Position numbers and translations under genes: made by a program
In this document: positions 59,315-64,000 of the stretch, in pieces
Layout of the letters: each line of letters begins with the position of its first letter
How positions within the stretch are numbered: the first letter of the stretch is position 1
Source of the DNA: Escherichia coli
GTDB lineage: Bacteria > Pseudomonadota > Gammaproteobacteria > Enterobacterales > Enterobacteriaceae
Length of the DNA: 64,000 bases
NCBI RefSeq assembly: GCF_046105845.1
Contig: NZ_CP151004.1
Direction: 5' to 3' (one strand)
Notes under the pieces: generated by a model
What the model was told of the DNA's origin: nothing
Database searches by the model: none
The model's input: the letters and a program-made list of their open reading frames with translations, nothing else

Positions 59315-60727
59315 ATGACGCGTTATCAACATCTGGCGACTCTACTTGCCGAGCGGATTGAGCAGGGGCTGTATCGTCACGGGGAGAAATTGCCGTCGGT
59401 GCGCAGCTTAAGTCAGGAGCACGGCGTCAGTATCAGCACCGTGCAGCAAGCGTACCAGACGCTGGAGACGATGAAGCTCATCACTCCGCAGCCGCGTTCG
59501 GGTTATTTTGTCGCACAACGTAAAGCCCAGCCGCCAGTGCCGCCGATGACGCGTCCGGTGCAGCGCCCGGTGGAAATAACCCAGTGGGATCAGGTGCTGG
59601 ACATGCTGGAGGCGCATAGCGACAGTTCCATTGTTCCGTTAAGCAAAAGCACGCCGGATGTCGAAACGCCCAGCCTGAAACCGCTCTGGCGGGAGCTAAG
59701 CCGGGTGGTGCAGCATAATCTGCAAACCGTTCTCGGTTATGACTTGTTAGCCGGTCAGCGGGTATTGCGCGAGCAGATTGCCCGCCTGATGCTCGACAGC
59801 GGCTCGGTAGTCACCGCCGATGACATCATCATTACCAGCGGCTGCCATAATTCGATGTCGATGGCGTTAATGGCGGTGTGTAAACCGGGCGATATTGTCG
59901 CGGTCGAATCCCCCTGTTATTACGGTTCGATGCAGATGCTGCGCGGCATGGGCGTGAAAGTGATTGAAATCCCAACCGATCCAGAAACTGGCATCAGCGT
60001 TGAAGCGCTGGAATTGGCGCTGGAACAGTGGCCGATTAAAGGCATCATTCTGGTGCCAAACTGTAATAATCCGCTGGGATTTATTATGCCGGACGCGCGC
60101 AAACGGGCCGTTCTCTCGCTCGCTCAGCGTCATGATATTGTGATTTTTGAAGATGATGTCTACGGCGAACTGGCGACGGAGTATCCGCGCCCGCGGACCA
60201 TTCATTCCTGGGATATCGACGGGCGAGTGCTACTGTGCAGCTCGTTCAGTAAAAGTATTGCACCTGGCCTGCGCGTGGGTTGGGTCGCACCGGGGCGTTA
60301 TCACGATAAACTGATGCATATGAAATACGCCATCAGCAGCTTTAATGTGCCGTCCACGCAAATGGCGGCGGCAACGTTTGTGCTGGAAGGTCACTATCAT
60401 CGCCATATCCGGCGGATGCGGCAGATCTATCAGCGCAATCTGGCACTTTATACCTGCTGGATACGGGAATATTTTCCCTGCGAAATCTGTATTACGCGCC
60501 CGAAAGGCGGATTTTTACTGTGGATAGAATTGCCTGAACAGGTCGATATGGTCTGCGTCGCGCGGCAGCTGTGCCGCATGAAAATCCAGGTGGCGGCAGG
60601 CTCGATTTTCTCGGCTTCCGGCAAATACCGTAATTGTCTGCGCATCAACTGCGCTTTGCCGCTCAGCGAAACCTATCGCGAAGCACTAAAACAAATTGGC
60701 GAGGCCGTGTATCGGGCAATGAAATGA
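59315..60727 (+). CDS. yjiR: MocR-type regulator YjiR (GntR HTH + aminotransferase-like domain)
   Basis: 470 aa with an N-terminal GntR HTH (LPSVRSLSQEHGVSISTVQQAYQTLE) and a PLP-fold C-terminus (...SSFSKSIAPGLRVGW). Confidence 0.85.
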   Translation: MTRYQHLATLLAERIEQGLYRHGEKLPSVRSLSQEHGVSISTVQQAYQTLETMKLITPQPRSGYFVAQRKAQPPVPPMTRPVQRPVEITQWDQVLDMLEAHSDSSIVPLSKSTPDVETPSLKPLWRELSRVVQHNLQTVLGYDLLAGQRVLREQIARLMLDSGSVVTADDIIITSGCHNSMSMALMAVCKPGDIVAVESPCYYGSMQMLRGMGVKVIEIPTDPETGISVEALELALEQWPIKGIILVPNCNNPLGFIMPDARKRAVLSLAQRHDIVIFEDDVYGELATEYPRPRTIHSWDIDGRVLLCSSFSKSIAPGLRVGWVAPGRYHDKLMHMKYAISSFNVPSTQMAAATFVLEGHYHRHIRRMRQIYQRNLALYTCWIREYFPCEICITRPKGGFLLWIELPEQVDMVCVARQLCRMKIQVAAGSIFSASGKYRNCLRINCALPLSETYREALKQIGEAVYRAMK

Positions 60728-60844
60728 ATTCGAAATAGTGGCGAGCCCCCTGATTTCCTCTCACGAATAGCGTGTGACTCGTTTTAACTTTGCAGGGTCA
60801 TCTCCACGTTCCAGCATGGCTTAGGCAAAATGCGCTTCGTTCAT

Positions 60845-60944
60845 GCCGGATGCCATGTGAACGCCTTACCAGGGCTACAAAAATCTTTAAAATTCAATAT
60901 ATTGAATTAGTTATGTAGACCTGATAAGCGTAGCACATCAGGCA
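60845..60944. repeat. BIME/RIP-type element (two REPs flanking an 18-bp palindrome)
   Basis: GCCGGATGCCATGTGAACGCCTTACCAGGGCTACA, then AATTCAATATATTGAATT, then TGTAGACCTGATAAGCGTAGCACATCAGGCA. Confidence 0.6.
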
Positions 60945-60970
60945 GCTTTGCGTTTGTCATCAGTCTCTGA

Positions 60971-61928
60971 TTAGTACTCGATCCAAGGATCGCGCTTGCT
61001 TTCAGGCAAGGGCTGCTCTAATGCCTGCATTTGCTCTGCCGAGAGTCCGGTATATCGTTGTATCCATTCAGGATCTGCCCCATTCTGCAACAACAATCGG
61101 AGGAGGCTCCGTTCCCCTTCTACTTTCCCTTCTTTCCTCCCCCTCTCCCTTCCCAACAGCCATCCATCATTATGAATTCGCTCTGCAATCGTCATTATTC
61201 GCTCCCTTTGTTGTGGCATTCGACTGGTTAGTTCGCTGATAAACTCTTTAAAACGCGCTTCATCGCCAGTCAGTAAAATGTAATTTAACAGCGCAGTTAT
61301 CTGGCTGTCATTAGTACACTCTGTAACCAGTAATACTACCAGTTGGTCGATAAGTCCCATCAGATCGCGCTGGCGAATATGCTTTTGGATCAACTCCAAC
61401 AGGGCGACTCTGCGATGCTGCACAATCTCGTCGTCTGGCACGACAGTGACATCCACCAGCGGGAACGCGGCGTTATAAACTTTCCGTGCGGTAGCCGGGT
61501 CGGCAAATTCGTCCAGCCAGCACAGGGACCAGGGATAAGGACTACGGCTACCGTGATAAAACAGCATCGGGATGACCAGCGGTAGCGGCCGGCGTTTATC
61601 ATGCTCGATATGGCGCTGCATCACCGCCATGGAATAGCGCATAAGGCGAAACGCCATATGAATATCCTCGCGGCTCTGATGTTCAATCACTACGTAAATA
61701 TAACCATCACCTTCACGGGTCTTTACCGACCACAGAAATATCGGAATGTAGCGCCCGCAATTTTTCATCGACAAAGCTGGCGGATTCCAGTTTTAAGCTG
61801 TCGAGATCGCACAGTTCACGTAAATCTTTGGGTAAGTGGATCTCCATAAAATCCCGCGCGGTGTCAGGGTGCGTGAGAAAGGATTTAAATAATGCGTCAT
61901 GCGGCGTGCTGGTTGTGAAGTTTGTCAT
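60971..61928 (-). pseudogene. rpnD: Rpn-family recombination-promoting nuclease (PD-(D/E)XK, transposase_31), split by a 1-nt frameshift
   Basis: ORF 61713-61928 ([27 protein letters not shown]...LHSDI) and ORF 60971-61774 (...[21 protein letters not shown]...) join into one Rpn protein if one base of the A-run at 61736-61738 is removed. Confidence 0.75.
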
Positions 61929-62405
61929 GGCGATCCGTCACCTGTAGATAAGATGGCCCGACTGTAGCGACTAACAAAACCATTCTCACCCGGCAATTTC
62001 TCGTTCCCCGAGGCGCTTTCCAGGCTATTTTTATTCTTCTGCAAACGATACATTTTTCCGGAAACAGGCTCGCATTTTACATTTCCTGTACCCGGCAGAT
62101 ATTCCCCTTTCCACCGCGCTCTTTTGATTAACCGCAAATTTTAATTACACTTAAGGTGTATATTTTCTATGCAACCCATCAATTCAAGAGGTGTAATGTG
62201 CTGATGACTATTTGTAATCGTTATACATTCTGACCTGGAGTCAGAAGGTATTTCTCTGTCTGTGTGTTCACAGGCAGTGTGGTTGATTACATGAAATTCA
62301 GTACATTTGCAGTCTCGTTGCCCTTCTCGCCTGCCTTTCGTCATTACCGACGGTATTGAATTTCGTTTTCCCCGTTGGGGTTCTCCGGACAAGGAGTTGT
62401 TTGTT

Positions 62406-63638
62406 ATGCCACGTTTTTTTGCTCGCCATGCCGCCACGTTGTTTTTCCCGATGGCGTTGATTTTGTATGACTTTGCTGCGTATCTGTCGACGGACCTGAT
62501 CCAGCCTGGGATCATTAATGTGGTCCGTGATTTTAATGCCGATGTCAGTCTGGCCCCTGCTGCCGTCAGTCTCTATCTGGCTGGAGGCATGGCGTTACAG
62601 TGGCTGCTGGGGCCGCTTTCCGACAGAATTGGCCGCAGGCCGGTGCTGATTACCGGGGCGCTAATTTTTACCCTTGCCTGCGCTGCGACAATGCTCACAA
62701 CGTCTATGACACAGTTTCTTATCGCACGTGCAATTCAGGGCACCAGTATCTGTTTTATTGCCACCGTTGGTTATGTCACGGTGCAGGAGGCGTTCGGACA
62801 GACAAAAGGGATCAAGTTGATGGCGATTATCACCTCCATCGTACTGATTGCGCCGATTATTGGCCCGCTTTCCGGCGCAGCTCTGATGCACTTTGTGCAT
62901 TGGAAAGTCCTTTTTGCCATCATTGCGGTTATGGGTTTTATCTCATTTGTTGGCTTACTGCTGGCGATGCCAGAGACGGTGAAGCGCGGCGCGGTTCCGT
63001 TTAGCGCCAAAAGCGTCTTGCGCGATTTTCGTAATGTCTTTTGCACTCGGCTGTTCCTCTTTGGCGCAGCAACCATCTCTTTAAGCTATATCCCAATGAT
63101 GAGCTGGGTGGCTGTCTCGCCGGTGATCCTGATCGACGCAGGCGGCTTAACAACTTCGCAGTTCGCCTGGACACAGGTTCCGGTGTTCGGCGCGGTGATT
63201 GTCGCGAATGCCATCGTGGCGCGTTTCGTTAAAGATCCGACCGAACCGCGGTTTATCTGGCGTGCCGTCCCCATTCAACTGGTCGGCCTCGCGCTGTTGA
63301 TTATCGGCAATCTGCTGTCGCCGCACGTCTGGCTGTGGTCGGTGCTGGGCACCAGTCTGTATGCTTTCGGGATTGGTTTGATTTTCCCGACCTTATTCCG
63401 CTTTACGCTGTTTTCCAATAACTTACCGAAAGGGACCGTCTCCGCATCGCTAAATATGGTGATCCTGATGGTGATGTCGGTCTCGGTCGAAATCGGCCGC
63501 TGGCTGTGGTTTAACGGCGGTCGCTTGCCGTTTCATCTATTAGCCGTTGTGGCGGGCGTTATCGTCGTTTTCACCCTGGCGGGATTGCTCAATCGCGTGC
63601 GCCAACATCAGGCTGCCGAGCTGGCGGAGGAGCGGTGA
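62406..63638 (+). CDS. mdtM: MFS multidrug efflux pump MdtM (YjiO)
   Basis: 410 aa from ATG 62406, [23 protein letters not shown]... with the MFS motif [11 protein letters not shown]. Confidence 0.9.
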   Translation: MPRFFARHAATLFFPMALILYDFAAYLSTDLIQPGIINVVRDFNADVSLAPAAVSLYLAGGMALQWLLGPLSDRIGRRPVLITGALIFTLACAATMLTTSMTQFLIARAIQGTSICFIATVGYVTVQEAFGQTKGIKLMAIITSIVLIAPIIGPLSGAALMHFVHWKVLFAIIAVMGFISFVGLLLAMPETVKRGAVPFSAKSVLRDFRNVFCTRLFLFGAATISLSYIPMMSWVAVSPVILIDAGGLTTSQFAWTQVPVFGAVIVANAIVARFVKDPTEPRFIWRAVPIQLVGLALLIIGNLLSPHVWLWSVLGTSLYAFGIGLIFPTLFRFTLFSNNLPKGTVSASLNMVILMVMSVSVEIGRWLWFNGGRLPFHLLAVVAGVIVVFTLAGLLNRVRQHQAAELAEER

Positions 63639-63678
63639 TTTTTGCGCGATCCTACCGTCAGGCTCTATTCTTAACGTT

Positions 63679-64000
63679 ATGAATAAACTCATTGAACTCA
63701 GACGCGCCAAAATGTTGGCGCTCTCTTTACTGCTTATCGCCGCTGCTACCTTTGTCGTTACGCTGTTTTTGCCACCCAATTTTTGGGTGAGCGGCGTGAA
63801 GGCGATTGCTGAAGCGGCGATGGTCGGCGCACTGGCGGACTGGTTTGCGGTGGTGGCGCTGTTTCGCCGCGTGCCGATTCCGATCATTTCTCGTCATACG
63901 GCGATTATTCCGCGTAATAAAGACCGGATTGGCGAAAATCTCGGCCAGTTCGTGCAGGAAAAATTTCTCGATACCCAGTCTCTGGTGGCATTGATTCGAC
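63679..64000 (+). CDS. yjiN: DUF445 membrane protein YjiN, 5-prime part (runs off the window)
   Basis: ATG 63679, [62 protein letters not shown]... The frame stays open to the window end. Confidence 0.75.
   Translation, partial: MNKLIELRRAKMLALSLLLIAAATFVVTLFLPPNFWVSGVKAIAEAAMVGALADWFAVVALFRRVPIPIISRHTAIIPRNKDRIGENLGQFVQEKFLDTQSLVALIR

Noticed and set aside
1-64000. Search for CRISPR arrays, IS elements, rRNA genes and integron-like attC sites
   Set aside because: I found none. The only tandem or dispersed repeats seen are the tRNA-Leu triplet, the phage iterons and the REP/BIME/ERIC elements.

Overview
This is an Escherichia coli-type chromosomal segment. As far as I remember it is collinear, in reverse orientation, with the K-12 yjjG...yjiN region. 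1-15.6 kb is one arm of a lambdoid prophage inserted after about codon 22 of prfC. It carries a Qin-like late-control region with cspB/cspF morons, Q, a DUF968 protein, a KilA-N protein, RusA, a LexA-DBD-only protein, an O-like replication gene with internal iterons, a cII/cro/cI switch, CPS-53-like yfdPQRS early-left genes, xis, an AT-rich HEPN-like moron and a P4-type integrase. 15.7-37.8 kb holds conserved core genes: yjjG, rimI, holD, rsmC, the leuV-leuP-leuQ tRNA operon, yjjZ, fhuF, bglJ, yjjQ, yjjP, yjjB, dnaT, dnaC, yjjA, opgB, lgoD, lgoR, lgoT, tsr, btsT, yjiX and yjiA. One extra AT-rich orphan gene with a PD-(D/E)XK-like motif sits between tsr and btsT. 37.8-58.5 kb is the immigration control region: mrr, EcoKI-family hsdRMS with non-EcoKI target-recognition domains, symE/symR and mcrBC. 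It ends in an intact two-gene operon encoding a 2114-aa DExH helicase with a DUF1998/MrfA-type zinc module and a ~1100-aa motif-less partner. That operon is the most interesting object here. Its architecture matches what is called Druantia type III (DruH-DruE); this assignment is from memory, not from a search, and the mechanism is unknown. 58.9-64 kb holds yjiS, yjiR, a frameshifted rpnD, mdtM and a partial yjiN. I saw no CRISPR array, rRNA gene or IS element. All family and gene names come from reading the translations and from memory; no database search was possible.
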